Position numbers and translations under genes: made by a program
Notes under the pieces: model-generated
Seen by the model: only the letters and a program-made list of their open reading frames with translations
Told to the model about the DNA's origin: nothing
Database searches by the model: none
In this document: in pieces, positions 40,287-54,200 of the stretch
Layout: each line of letters opens with the position of its first letter
Numbering within the stretch: the stretch's first letter is position 1
From: Eledone cirrhosa
Taxonomy: Eukaryota
Assembly (NCBI GenBank): GCA_964016885.1
Contig: OZ024757.1
Location: forward strand, 22,940,001 to 23,004,000
Direction: 5' to 3'
DNA length: 64,000 bases

Positions 40287-40473
40287 ATATGCACATATGT
40301 GTGTGTGTATATATATATATATATATGAATGTGTATGTATTTTACACTCAAAAAAAAAAATATATATATATATATAGGTGTGTGTGTGGATATATATATA
40401 TGTGCATGTCCTTTATATATATATATATAAGTGTGTGTGTGTGTGTGTGGATATACATATGTATGTGCATGTC

Positions 40474-40524
<51 letters not shown>

Positions 40525-40861
40525 TATGTGTGTGTTTGTCTATGTGTATACATATACGAATCTATATATATATTTGTATATATGTTATGTGTGTATGTTT
40601 GTCTGTGAGAGAGAAAGAGATTAAAGATCAAAACAGGATATATATTTGCCCAGTTCCCATTTCATGACAAACTGTTCTCTGTCAGACTGAATAAAATTTA
40701 AGTGAGTCATAAAGAAGAGAAAAGAAACTGATAGCAACAAGAAAAAAAATACATTTTTACTATTTGAAAGAAGGGGTACAGGTGAACACACTGGATATCC
40801 CATGGATACATGTTATACGGTTCCATATTCCATGGATGTATATCATATGATATAAAATGCC

Positions 40862-41200
40862 TAAAGCCTGTCTTGAACCTGGAGGCTCATCAGGTTAGTG
40901 CCTATATCAGTTTCATGGCGTGAAGTGACTCAGAGTACAAGACTTCCCCCTAGACAGGACACCAGTCTATTGCAAGGTTAAAGTCTGTCTCAAGCCTGGA
41001 AGCTCATCAGACTGGTGTTTATCCCAGTTTTTGTGGCATTAAATGACTCAGAGTACAAGACTTCCCCCTAGACAGGACACCAGTCTATTGCAAGTTTAAA
41101 GTCTGTCTCAAGCCTGGAAGCTCATCAGACTGGCGCTTATCCCAGTTTTTGTGGCATTAAATGACTCAGAGTACATGACGTCCCCCTAGACAGGATGCCA
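40862..41200 (-). repeat. Three tandem ~118-bp 3' parts of a third SINE family (relatives at about 26280-26500 and 63255-63525)
   Basis: GCTCATCAG..TGACTCAGAGTACAAGACTTCCCCCTAGACAGGACACCAGTC repeated. Confidence 0.75.
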
Positions 41201-42209
41201 GACAAATAGGTTAATATATCATTTCAGGAAATATCATAATTGCACATTGAGTGCTAAGAAACTCTTAGGAGAGTTGGACAGCAGGAAATCTACAGAGTAA
41301 AAACCTCCCTCAAGCAAGTATTTCAGCCCAGACTCCCGGGTCCCCTTCTGCTGATATTTAGCCATTTGGATATCAGAGACTTGTTGCGTATTTAAACCGC
41401 ATGGAGGAGATTTTGTTGACAAGATCTAGCTGGGACTCCTCTCCATTGCCTCTGCTTTCAAACTTATATTTAAACAGGTTCCTGAGTTTGTAACATTGAT
41501 TTGAATTATTTATTTACAGTAATTATTCAAATGAGTGAAATATCAAGATTAATTTGGGAAGTCATTTAATAAACATTTATTTCAAAAATAATGTAATTTA
41601 TGTAAAATGATTTCAGACCTTTTTGGAAGTTTCAATTATGAGATTGAATATAAATTAAGTTATTTAACAAGAGTTGTTTAATTGAATCTGATTGAGGTAG
41701 ATAATTGAAACACTATAGATTACTTCATCATCATAATTTTATGTCTGCTCTCCAACCTAGTATGGGTGTAGACAGGTTCTCATGGTCTGAAACCTGACAG
41801 GCTGGCAGCTAAATATCAATGACTGAGAACTGTTGAACATTTCTAAATTTATCTAAGACACCTTATGTTCTAAACGCGTAACTGTCTTCTGGAATTAAAG
41901 AATCACATCACCATAACAAAAGCTGTGAGAACTATATAAGATGAAGGAAATAGATTCCAGTGAGGCAGGAGATGCACAAAAACAACTGCATAAGCTTGAT
42001 CTCCATATGACTGTTGTGGTAGAAATAATGATTCTAGTTCATACCAGGATCAAAGGGGACAGTGTGGGGCTGCAGAATATCCAGTCTGTCAGAGATTGCC
42101 TTGATGCCTGACTTCAAAGCATGCTTGAGGCACAATGACAGCCTGTGCTAACACTTTGACTGATCTTGTTTTTAGTACTAAGGAAACCCCCAAGCTCTCC
42201 TCACTCACG

Positions 42210-45200
42210 GTAACTGGGAGGGGTTGCAGGTTTAGTTGCTACAACTAAATAAGGTATAAAGGTGTAAAACCTGATGTAAAAGGTTCAGGGAGCTACTATC
42301 TCTGGTGACAACAAAAGGTTCAGGGAGCTACTGTCTCTGGTGACAACAAAAGATTCAGGGAGCTACTATCTCTGGTGACAACAAAAGGTTCAGGGAGCTA
42401 CTGTCTCTGGTGACAACAAAAGGTTCAGGGAGCTACTATCTCTGGTGACAACAAAAGGTTCAGGGAGCTACTATCTCTGGTGACAACAAAAGGTTCAGAG
42501 AGCTACTATCTCTGGTGACAACAAAATATTCAGGGAGCTACTATCTCTGGTGACAACAAAAGGTTAAGGGAGCTACTGTCTCTGGTGACAACAAAAGGTT
42601 AAGGGAGCTACTGTCTCTGGTGACAACAAAAGGTTCAGGGAGCTACTGTCTCTGGTGACAACAAAAGGTTAAGGGAGCTACTGTCTCTGGTGACAACAAA
42701 AGGTTCAGGGAGCTACTGTCTCTGGTGACAACAAAAGGTTAAGGGAGCTACTGTCTCTGGTGACAACAAAAGGTTCAGGGAGCTACTGTCTCTGGTGACA
42801 ACAAAAGGTTAAGGGAGCTACTGTCTCTGGTGACAACAAAAGGTTCAGGGAGCTACTATCTCTGGTGACAACAAAAGGTTAAGGGAGCTACTGTCTCTGG
42901 TGACAACAAAAGGTTCAGGGAGCTACTGTCTCTGGTGACAACAAAAGGTTCAGGGAGCTACTGTCTTTGGTGACAACAAAAGGTTCAGGGAGCTACTGTC
43001 TCTGGTGACAACAAAAGGTTCAGGGAGCTACTATCTCTGGTGACAACAAAAGGTTAAGGAAGCTACTATCACTGGTGACAACAAAAGGTTCAGGGAGCTA
43101 CTATCTCTGGTGACAACAAAAGGTTCAGGGAGCTACTATCTCTGGTGACATCAAAAGATTCAGGGAGCTACTGTCTCTGGTGACAACAAAAGGTTAAGGA
43201 AGCTACTGTCTCTGGTGACAACAAAAGGTTCAGGGAGTTACTGTCTCTGGTGACAACAAAAGATTCAGGGAGCTACTGTCTCTGGTGACAACAAAAGGTT
43301 CAGGGAGTTACTGTCTCTGGTGACAACAAAAGGTTCAGGGAGCTACTATCTCTGGTGACAACAAAAGGTTCAGGGAGCTACTATCTCTGGTGACAACAAA
43401 AGGTTCAGGGAGCTACTGTCTCTGGTGACAACAAAATATTCAGGGAGCTACTATCTCTGGTGACAACAAAAGGTTCAGGGAGCTACTGTCTCTGGTGACA
43501 ACAAAAGGTTCAGGAAGCTACTATCTCCAGTGACAACAAAAGGTTCAGGGAGCTACTGTCTCTGGTGACAACAAAAGGTTCAGGGAGCTACTATCTCTGG
43601 TGACAACAAAAGGTTCAGGGAGCTACTATCTCTGGTGACAACAAAAGGTTCAGAGAGCTACTATCTCTGGTGACAACAAAATATTCAGGGAGCTACTATC
43701 TCTGGTGACAACAAAAGGTTAAGGGAGCTACTGTCTCTGGTGACAACAAAAGGTTCAGGGAGCTACTATCTCTGGTGACAACAAAAGGTTCAGGGAGCTA
43801 CTATCTCTGGTGACATCAAAAGGTTCAGGGAGCTACTGTCTCTGGTGACAACAAAAGGTTCAGGGAGCTACTGTCTCTGGTGACAACAAAAGGTTCAGGG
43901 AGCTACTGTCTCTGGTGACAACAAAAGATTCAGGGAGCTACTATCTCTGGTGACAACAAAAGGTTGAGGGAGCTACTGTCTCTGGTGACAACTAAAGGTT
44001 CAGGGAGCTACTGTCTCTGGTGACAACTAAAGGTTCAGGGAGCTACTGTCTCTGGTGACAACAAAAGGTTCAGGGAGCTACTGTCTCTGGTGACAACAAA
44101 AGATTCAGGGAGCTACTGTCTCTGGTGACAACAAAAGATTCAGGGAGCTACTGTCTCTGGTGACAACAAAAGGTTCAGGGAGCTACTGTCTCTGGTGACA
44201 ACAAAAGATTCAGGGAGCTACTATCTCTGGTGACAACAAAAGGTTCAGGGAGCTACTGTCTCTGGTGACAACTAAAGGTTCAGGGAGCTACTGTCTCTGG
44301 TGACAACTAAAGGTTCAGGGAGCTACTGTCTCTGGTGACAACAAAAGGTTCAGGGAGCTACTGTCTCTGGTGACAACAAAAGATTCAGGGAGCTACTGTC
44401 TCTGGTGACAACAAAAGATTCAGGGAGCTACTGTGTCTGGTGACAACAAAAGGTTCAGGGAGCTACTGTCTCTGGTGACAACAAAAGATTCAGGGAGCTA
44501 CTATCTCTGGTGACAACAAAAGGTTCAGGGAGCTACTATCTCTGGTGACAACAAAAGGTTCAGGGAGCTACTATCTCTGGTGACAACAAAAGATTCAGGG
44601 AGCTACTATCTCTGGTGACAACAAAAGATTAAGGAAGCTACTATCTCCAGTGACAACAAAAGGTTTAGGGAGCTACTATCTCTGGTGACAACAAAAGGTT
44701 CAGGGAGCTACTGTCTGGTGACAACAAAAGATTCAGGGAGCTACTATCTCTGGTGACAACAAAAGATTCAGGGAGCTACTGTCTCTGGTGACAACAAAAG
44801 GTTCAGGGAGCTACTGTCTCTGGTGACAACAAAAAGTTCAGGGAGCCACTATCTCTGGTGACAACAAAAGGTTAAGGAAGCTACTATCTCTGGTGACAAC
44901 AAAAGGTTCAGGGAGCTACTGTCTCTGGTGACAACAAAAGGTTAAGGAAGCTACTATCTCTGGTGACAACAAAAGGTTCAGGGAGCTACTGTCTCTGGTG
45001 ACAACAAAAGGTTAAGGAAGCTACTATCTCTGGTGACAACTAAAGGTTCAGGGAGCTACTGTCTCTGGTGACAACAAAAGGTTCAGGGAGCTACTGTCTC
45101 TGGTGACAACAAAAGATTCAGGGAGCTACTGTCTCTGGTGACAACAAAAGATTCAGGGAGCTACTGTGTCTGGTGACAACAAAAGGTTCAGGGAGCTACT

Positions 45201-48200
45201 GTCTCTGGTGACAACAAAAGATTCAGGGAGCTACTATCTCTGGTGACAACAAAAGGTTCAGGGAGCTACTATCTCTGGTGACAACAAAAGGTTCAGGGAG
45301 CTACTATCTCTGGTGACAACAAAAGATTCAGGGAGCTACTATCTCTGGTGACAACAAAAGATTAAGGAAGCTACTATCTCCAGTGACAACAAAAGGTTTA
45401 GGGAGCTACTATCTCTGGTGACAACAAAAGGTTCAGGGAGCTACTGTCTGGTGACAACAAAAGATTCAGGGAGCTACTATCTCTGGTGACAACAAAAGAT
45501 TCAGGGAGCTACTGTCTCTGGTGACAACAAAAGGTTCAGGGAGCTACTGTCTCTGGTGACAACAAAAAGTTCAGGGAGCCACTATCTCTGGTGACAACAA
45601 AAGGTTAAGGAAGCTACTATCTCTGGTGACAACAAAAGGTTCAGGGAGCTACTGTCTCTGGTGACAACAAAAGGTTAAGGAAGCTACTATCTCTGGTGAC
45701 AACAAAAGGTTCAGGGAGCTACTGTCTCTGGTGACAACAAAAGGTTAAGGAAGCTACTATCTCTGGTGACAACAAAAGGTTCAGGGAGCTACTGTCTCTG
45801 GTGACAACAAAAGGTTAAGGAAGCTACTATCTCTGGTGACAACAAAAGGTTCAGGGAGCTACTGTCTCTGGTGACAACTAAAGGTTCAGGGAGCTACTGT
45901 CTCTGGTGACAACAAAAGGTTCAGGGAGCTACTGTCTCTGGTGACAACAAAAGGTTCAGGGAGCTACTGTCTCTGGTGACAACAAAAGATTCAGGGAGCT
46001 ACTATCTCTGGTGACAACAAAAGGTTCAGGGAGCTACTGTCTCTGGTGACAACAAAAGGTTCAGGGAGCTACTGTCTCTGGTGACAACAAAAGGTTCAGG
46101 GAGCTACTGTCTCTGGTGACAACAAAAGATTCAGGGAGCTACTATCTCTGGTGACAACAAAAGGTTGAGGGAGCTACTGTCTCTGGTGACAACTAAAGGT
46201 TCAGGGAGCTACTGTCTCTGGTGACAACTAAAGGTTCAGGGAGCTACTGTCTCTGGTGACAACAAAAGGTTCAGGGAGCTACTGTCTCTGGTGACAACAA
46301 AAGATTCAGGGAGCTACTGTCTCTGGTGACAACAAAAGATTCAGGGAGCTACTGTCTCTGGTGACAACAAAAGGTTCAGGGAGCTACTGTCTCTGGTGAC
46401 AACAAAAGATTCAGGGAGCTACTATCTCTGGTGACAACAAAAGGTTCAGGGAGCTACTGTCTCTGGTGACAACTAAAGGTTCAGGGAGCTACTGTCTCTG
46501 GTGACAACAAAAGGTTCAGGGAGCTACTGTCTCTGGTGACAACTAAAGGTTCAGGGAGCTACTGTCTCTGGTGACAACAAAAGGTTCAGGGAGCTACTGT
46601 CTCTGGTGACAACAAAAGATTCAGGGAGCTACTATCTCTGGTGACAACAAAAGGTTCAGGGAGCTACTGTCTCTGGTGACAACAAAAGGTTCAGGGAGCT
46701 ACTGTCTCTGGTGACAACAAAAGATTCAGGGAGCTACTATCTCTGGTGACAACAAAAGGTTCAGGGAGCTACTGTCTCTGGTGACAACAAAAGGTTCAGG
46801 GAGCTACTGTCTCTGGTGACAACAAAAGGTTCAGGGAGCTACTGTCTCTGGTGACAACTAAAGGTTCAGGGAGCTACTGTCTCTGGTGACAACAAAAGGT
46901 TCAGGGAGCTACTGTCTCTGGTGACAACAAAAGATTCAGGGAGCTACTATCTCTGGTGACAACAAAAGGTTCAGGGAGCTACTGTCTCTGGTGACAACAA
47001 AAGGTTCAGGGAGCTACTGTCTCTGGTGACAACAAAAGGTTCAGGGAGCTACTGTCTCTGGTGACAACTAAAGGTTCAGGGAGCTACTGTCTCTGGTGAC
47101 AACAAAAGGTTCAGGGAGCTACTGTCTCTGGTGACAACAAAAGATTCAGGGAGCTACTATCTCTGGTGACAACAAAAGGTTCAGGGAGCTACTGTCTCTG
47201 GTGACAACAAAAGGTTCAGGGAGCTACTGTCTCTGGTGACAACAAAAGGTTCAGGGAGCTACTGTCTCTGGTGACAACAAAAGATTCAGGGAGCTACTAT
47301 CTCTGGTGACAACAAAAGGTTCAGGGAGCTACTGTCTCTGGTGACAACAAAAGGTTCAGGGAGCTACTGTCTCTGGTGACAACAAAAGGTTCAGGGAGCT
47401 ACTGTCTCTGGTGACAACTAAAGGTTCAGGGAGCTACTGTCTCTGGTGACAACAAAAGGTTCAGGGAGCTACTGTCTCTGGTGACAACAAAAGATTCAGG
47501 GAGCTACTATCTCTGGTGACAACAAAAGGTTCAGGGAGCTACTGTCTCTGGTGACAACAAAAGGTTCAGGGAGCTACTGTCTCTGGTGACAACAAAAGGT
47601 TCAGGGAGCTACTGTCTCTGGTGACAACAAAAGATTCAGGGAGCTACTATCTCTGGTGACAACAAAAGGTTCAGGGAGCTACTGTCTCTGGTGACAACAA
47701 AAGGTTAAGGAAGCTACTATCTCTGGTGACAACAAAAGGTTCAGGGAGCTACTGTCTCTGGTGACAACAAAAGGTTAAGGAAGCTACTATCTCTGGTGAC
47801 AACAAAAGGTTCAGGGAGCTACTATCTCTGGTGACAACAAAAGGTTCAGGGAGCTACTGTCTCTGGTGACAACTAAAGGTTCAGGGAGCTACTGTCTCTG
47901 GTGACAACAAAAGGTTCAGGGAGCTACTGTCTCTGGTGACAACAAAAGGTTCAGGGAGCTACTGTCTCTGGTGACAACAAAAGATTCAGGGAGCTACTAT
48001 CTCTGGTGACAACAAAAGGTTCAGGGAGCTACTGTCTCTGGTGACAACAAAAGGTTCAGGGAGCTACTGTCTCTGGTGACAACAAAAGGTTCAGGGAGCT
48101 ACTGTCTCTGGTGACAACAAAAGATTCAGGGAGCTACTATCTCTGGTGACAACAAAAGGTTGAGGGAGCTACTGTCTCTGGTGACAACTAAAGGTTCAGG

Positions 48201-51200
48201 GAGCTACTGTCTCTGGTGACAACTAAAGGTTCAGGGAGCTACTGTCTCTGGTGACAACAAAAGGTTCAGGGAGCTACTGTCTCTGGTGACAACAAAAGAT
48301 TCAGGGAGCTACTGTCTCTGGTGACAACAAAAGATTCAGGGAGCTACTGTCTCTGGTGACAACAAAAGGTTCAGGGAGCTACTGTCTCTGGTGACAACTA
48401 AAGGTTCAGGGAGCTACTGTCTCTAGTGACAACAAAAGGTTCAGGGAGCTACTGTCTCTGGTGACAACAAAAGATTCAGGGAGCTACTATCTCTGGTGAC
48501 AACAAAAGGTTCAGGGAGCTACTGTCTCTGGTGACAACTAAAGGTTCAGGGAGCTACTGTCTCTAGTGACAACAAAAGGTTCAGGGAGCTACTGTCTCTG
48601 GTGACAACAAAAGATTCAGGGAGCTACTATCTCTGGTGACAACAAAAGGTTCAGGGAGCTACTGTCTCTGGTGACAACTAAAGGTTCAGGGAGCTACTGT
48701 CTCTGGTGACAACAAAAGGTTCAGGAAGCTACTGTCTCTGGTGACAACAAAAGGTTCAGGGAGCTACTGTCTCTGGTGACAACAAAAGGTTCAGGGAGCT
48801 ACTATCTCTGGTGACAACAAAAGGTTCAGGGAGCTACTGTCTCTGGTGACAACAAAAGGTTCAGGGAGCTACTATCTCTGGTGACAACAAAAGGTTCAGG
48901 GAGCTACTGTCTCTGGTGACAACAAAAGGTTCAGGGAGCTACTGTCTCTGGTGACAACAAAAGGTTAAGGAAGCTACTGTCTCTGGTGACAACAAAAGAT
49001 TCAGGAAGCTACTATCTCTGGTGACAACAAAAGGTTCAGGGAGCTACTGTCTCTGGTGACAACAAAAGGTTCAGGGAGCTACTATCTCTGGTGACAACAA
49101 AAGGTTCAGGGAGCTACTGTCTCTGGTGACAACAAAAGGTTCAGGGAGCTACTGTCTCTGGTGACAACAAAAGGTTCAGGGAGCTACTATCTCTGGTGAC
49201 AACAAAAGGTTCAGGGAGCTACTATCTCTGGTGACAACAAAAGGTTCAGGGAGCTACTGTCTCTGGTGACAACAAAAGGTTCAGGGAGCTACTATCTCTG
49301 GTGACAACAAAAGGTTCAGGGAGCTACTATCTCTGGTGACAACAAAAGGTTCAGGGAGCTACTATCTCTGGTGACAACAAAAGGTTCAGGGAGCTACTGT
49401 CTCTGGTGACAACAAAAGGTTAAGGAAGCTACTGTCTCTGGTGACAACAAAAGATTCAGGAAGCTACTATCTCTGGTGACAACAAAAGGTTCAGGGAGCT
49501 ACTGTCTCTGGTGACAACAAAAGGTTCAGGGAGCTACTATCTCTGGTGACAACAAAAGGTTCAGGGAGCTACTGTCTCTGGTGACAACAAAAGGTTAAGG
49601 AAGCTACTGTCTCTGGTGACAACAAAAGATTCAGGAAGCTACTATCTCTGGTGACAACAAAAGGTTCAGGGAGCTACTGTCTCTGGTGACAACAAAAGGT
49701 TCAGGGAGCTACTATCTCTGGTGACAACAAAAGGTTCAGGGAGCTACTGTCTCTGGTGACAACAAAAGGTTAAGGAAGCTACTGTCTCTGGTGACAACAA
49801 AAGATTCAGGAAGCTACTATCTCTGGTGACAACAAAAGGTTCAGGGAGCTACTGTCTCTGGTGACAACTAAAGGTTCAGGGAGCTACTATCTCTGGTGAC
49901 AACAAAAGGTTCAGGGAGCTACTGTCTCTGGTGACAACTAAAGGTTCAGGGAGCTACTATCTCTGGTGACAACAAAAGGTTCAGGGAGCTACTATCTCTG
50001 GTGACAACAAAAGGTTCAGGGAGCTACTATCTCTGGTGACAACAAAAGGTTCAGGGAGCTACTGTCTCTGGTGACAACAAAAGGTTCAGGGAGCTACTGT
50101 CTCTGGTGACAACAAAAGGTTCAGGGAGCTACTATCTCTGGTGACATCAAAATATTCAGGGAGCTACTATCTCTGGTGACAACAAAAGGTTAAGGAAGCT
50201 ACTGTCTCTGGTGACAACAAAAGGTTCAGGGAGCTACTATCTCTGGTGACAACAAAAGGTTCAGGGAGCTACTGTCTCTGGTGACAACTAAAGGTTCAGG
50301 GAGCTACTGTCTCTGGTGACAACAAAAGGTTCAGGGAGCTACTGTCTCTGGTGACAACAAAAGGTTCAGGGAGCTACTGTCTCTGGTGACAACAAAAGGT
50401 TCAGGGAGCTACTGTCTCTGGTGACAACAAAAGGTTAAGGAAGCTACTGTCTCTGGTGACAACAAAAGATTCAGGAAGCTACTATCTCTGGTGACAACAA
50501 AAGGTTCAGGGAGCTACTGTCTCTGGTGACAACTAAAGGTTCAGGGAGCTACTATCTCTGGTGACAACAAAAGGTTCAGGGAGCTACTGTCTCTGGTGAC
50601 AACAAAAGGTTAAGGAAGCTACTGTCTCTGGTGACAACAAAAGATTCAGGAAGCTACTATCTCTGGTGACAACAAAAGGTTCAGGGAGCTACTGTCTCTG
50701 GTGACAACAAAAGGTTCAGGGAGCTACTATCTCTGGTGACAACAAAAGGTTCAGGGAGCTACTGTCTCTGGTGACAACTAAAGGTTCAGGGAGCTACTAT
50801 CTCTGGTGACAACAAAAGGTTCAGGGAGCTACTATCTCTGGTGACAACAAAAGGTTCAGGGAGCTACTATCTCTGGTGACAACAAAAGGTTCAGGGAGCT
50901 ACTGTCTCTGGTGACAACAAAAGGTTCAGGGAGCTACTGTCTCTGGTGACAACAAAAGGTTCAGGGAGCTACTATCTCTGGTGACATCAAAATATTCAGG
51001 GAGCTACTATCTCTGGTGACAACAAAAGGTTAAGGAAGCTACTGTCTCTGGTGACAACAAAAGGTTCAGGGAGCTACTATCTCTGGTGACAACAAAAGGT
51101 TCAGGGAGCTACTGTCTCTGGTGACAACTAAAGGTTCAGGGAGCTACTGTCTCTGGTGACAACAAAAGGTTCAGGGAGCTACTGTCTCTGGTGACAACAA

Positions 51201-54200
51201 AAGGTTCAGGGAGCTACTGTCTCTGGTGACAACAAAAGGTTCAGGGAGCTACTGTCTCTGGTGACAACAAAAGGTTCAGGGAGCTACTGTCTCTGGTGAC
51301 AACAAAAGGTTCAGGGAGCTACTATCTCTGGTGACATCAAAATATTCAGGGAGCTACTATCTCTGGTGACAACAAAAGATTCAGGGAGCTACTGTCTCTG
51401 GTGACAACAAAAGGTTCAGGGAGCTACTATCTCTGGTGACAACAAAAGGTTCAGGGAGCTACTGTCTCTGGTGACAACAAAAGGTTCAGGGAGCTACTGT
51501 CTCTGGTGACAACAAAAGGTTAAGGAAGCTACTATCTCCAGTGACAACAAAAGGTTTAGGGAGCTACTATCTCTGGTGACAACAAAAGATTCAGGGAGCT
51601 ACTGTCTCTGGTGACAACATAAGGTTAAGGAAGCTACTATCTCTGGTGACAATAAAAGGTTTAGGGAGCTACTATCTCTGGTGACAACAAAAAGTTCAGG
51701 GAGCTACTGTCTCTGGTGACAACTAAAGGTTCAGGGAGCTACTGTCTCTGGTGACAACAAAAGGTTCAGGGAGCTACTATCTCTGGTGACAATAAAAGGT
51801 TTAGGGAGCTACTATCTCTGGTGACAACAAAAAGTTCAGGGAGCTACTGTCTCTGGTGACAACAAAAGGTTCAGGGAGCTACTGTCTCTGGTGACAACAA
51901 AAGGTTAAGGAAGCTACTATCTCCAGTGACAACAAAAGGTTAAGGGAGCTACTATCTCTGGTGACAACAAAAGATTCAGGGAGCTACTGTCTCTGGTGAC
52001 AACAAAAGGTTAAGGAAGCTACTATCTCCAGTGACAACAAAAGGTTTAGGGAGCTACTATCTCTGGTGACAACAAAAGATTCAGGGAGCTACTATCTCTG
52101 GTGACAACAAAAAGTTCAGGGAGCTACTGTCTCTGGTGACAACTAAAGGTTCAGGGAGCTACTGTCTCTGGTGACAACAAAAGGTTCAGGGAGCTACTGT
52201 CTCTGGTGACAACAAAAGGTTCAGGGAGCTACTGTCTCTGGTGACAACAAAAGGTTCAGGGAGCTACTCTCTCTGGTGACAACAAAAGGTTCAGGGAGCT
52301 ACTGTCTCTGGTGACAACAAAAGGTTCAGGGAGCTACTATCTCTGGTGACAACAAAAGATTCAGGGAGCTACTGTCTCTGGTGACAACAAAAGGTTCAGG
52401 GAGCTACTATCTCTGGTGACAACAAAAGATTCAGGGAGCTACTATCTCTGGTGACAACAAAAAGTTCAGGGAGCTACTGTCTCTGGTGACAACTAAAGGT
52501 TCAGGGAGCTACTGTCTCTGGTGACAACAAAAGGTTCAGGGAGCTACTGTCTCTGGTGACAACAAAAGGTTCAGGGAGCTACTGTCTCTGGTGACAACAA
52601 AAGGTTCAGGGAGCTACTCTCTCTGGTGACAACAAAAGGTTCAGGGAGCTACTGTCTCTGGTGACAACTAAAGGTTCAGGGAGCTACTGTCTCTGGTGAC
52701 AACAAAAGGTTCAGGGAGCTACTGTCTCTGGTGACAACAAAAGGTTCAGGGAGCTACTATCTCTGGTGACAACAAAAGATTCAGGGAGCTACTATCTCTG
52801 GTGACAACAAAAAGTTCAGGGAGCTACTGTCTCTGGTGACAACTAAAGGTTCAGGGAGCTACTGTCTCTGGTGACAACAAAAGGTTCAGGGAGCTACTGT
52901 CTCTGGTGACAACAAAAGGTTCAGGGAGCTACTGTCTCTGGTGACAACAAAAGGTTCAGGGAGCTACTGTCTCTGGTGACAACAAAAGATTCAGGGAGCT
53001 ACTATCTCTGGTGACAACAAAAGGTTCAGGGAGCTACTGTCTCTGGTGACAACAAAAGGTTCAGGGAGCTACTGTCTCTGGTGACAACAAAAGGTTCAGG
53101 GAGCTACTGTCTCTGGTGACAACAAAAGGTTCAGGGAGCTACTGTCTCTGGTGACAACAAAAGGTTCAGGGAGCTACTGTCTCTGGTGACAACTAAAGGT
53201 TCAGGGAGCTACTGTCTCTGGTGACAACAAAAGGTTCAGGGAGCTACTGTCTCTGGTGACAACAAAAGGTTCAGGGAGCTACTGTCTCTGGTGACAACAA
53301 AAGATTCAGGGAGCTACTATCTCTGGTGACAACAAAAGGTTCAGGGAGCTACTGTCTCTGGTGACAACAAAAGGTTCAGGGAGCTACTGTCTCTGGTGAC
53401 AACAAAAGGTTCAGGGAGCTACTGTCTCTGGTGACAACTAAAGGTTCAGGGAGCTACTGTCTCTGGTGACAACAAAAGGTTCAGGGAGCTACTGTCTCTG
53501 GTGACAACAAAAGATTCAGGGAGCTACTATCTCTGGTGACAACAAAAGGTTCAGGGAGCTACTGTCTCTGGTGACAACAAAAGGTTCAGGGAGCTACTGT
53601 CTCTGGTGACAACAAAAGATTCAGGGAGCTACTATCTCTGGTGACAACAAAAGGTTCAGGGAGCTACTGTCTCTGGTGACAACAAAAGGTTAAGGAAGCT
53701 ACTATCTCTGGTGACAACAAAAGGTTCAGGGAGCTACTGTCTCTGGTGACAACAAAAGGTTAAGGAAGCTACTATCTCTGGTGACAACAAAAGGTTCAGG
53801 GAGCTACTGTCTCTGGTGACAACAAAAGGTTAAGGAAGCTACTATCTCTGGTGACAACAAAAGGTTCAGGGAGCTACTGTCTCTGGTGACAACAAAAGGT
53901 TAAGGAAGCTACTATCTCTGGTGACAACAAAAGGTTCAGGGAGCTACTGTCTCTGGTGACAACTAAAGGTTCAGGGAGCTACTGTCTCTGGTGACAACAA
54001 AAGGTTCAGGGAGCTACTGTCTCTGGTGACAACAAAAGGTTCAGGGAGCTACTGTCTCTGGTGACAACAAAAGATTCAGGGAGCTACTATCTCTGGTGAC
54101 AACAAAAGGTTCAGGGAGCTACTGTCTCTGGTGACAACAAAAGGTTCAGGGAGCTACTGTCTCTGGTGACAACAAAAGGTTCAGGGAGCTACTGTCTCTG

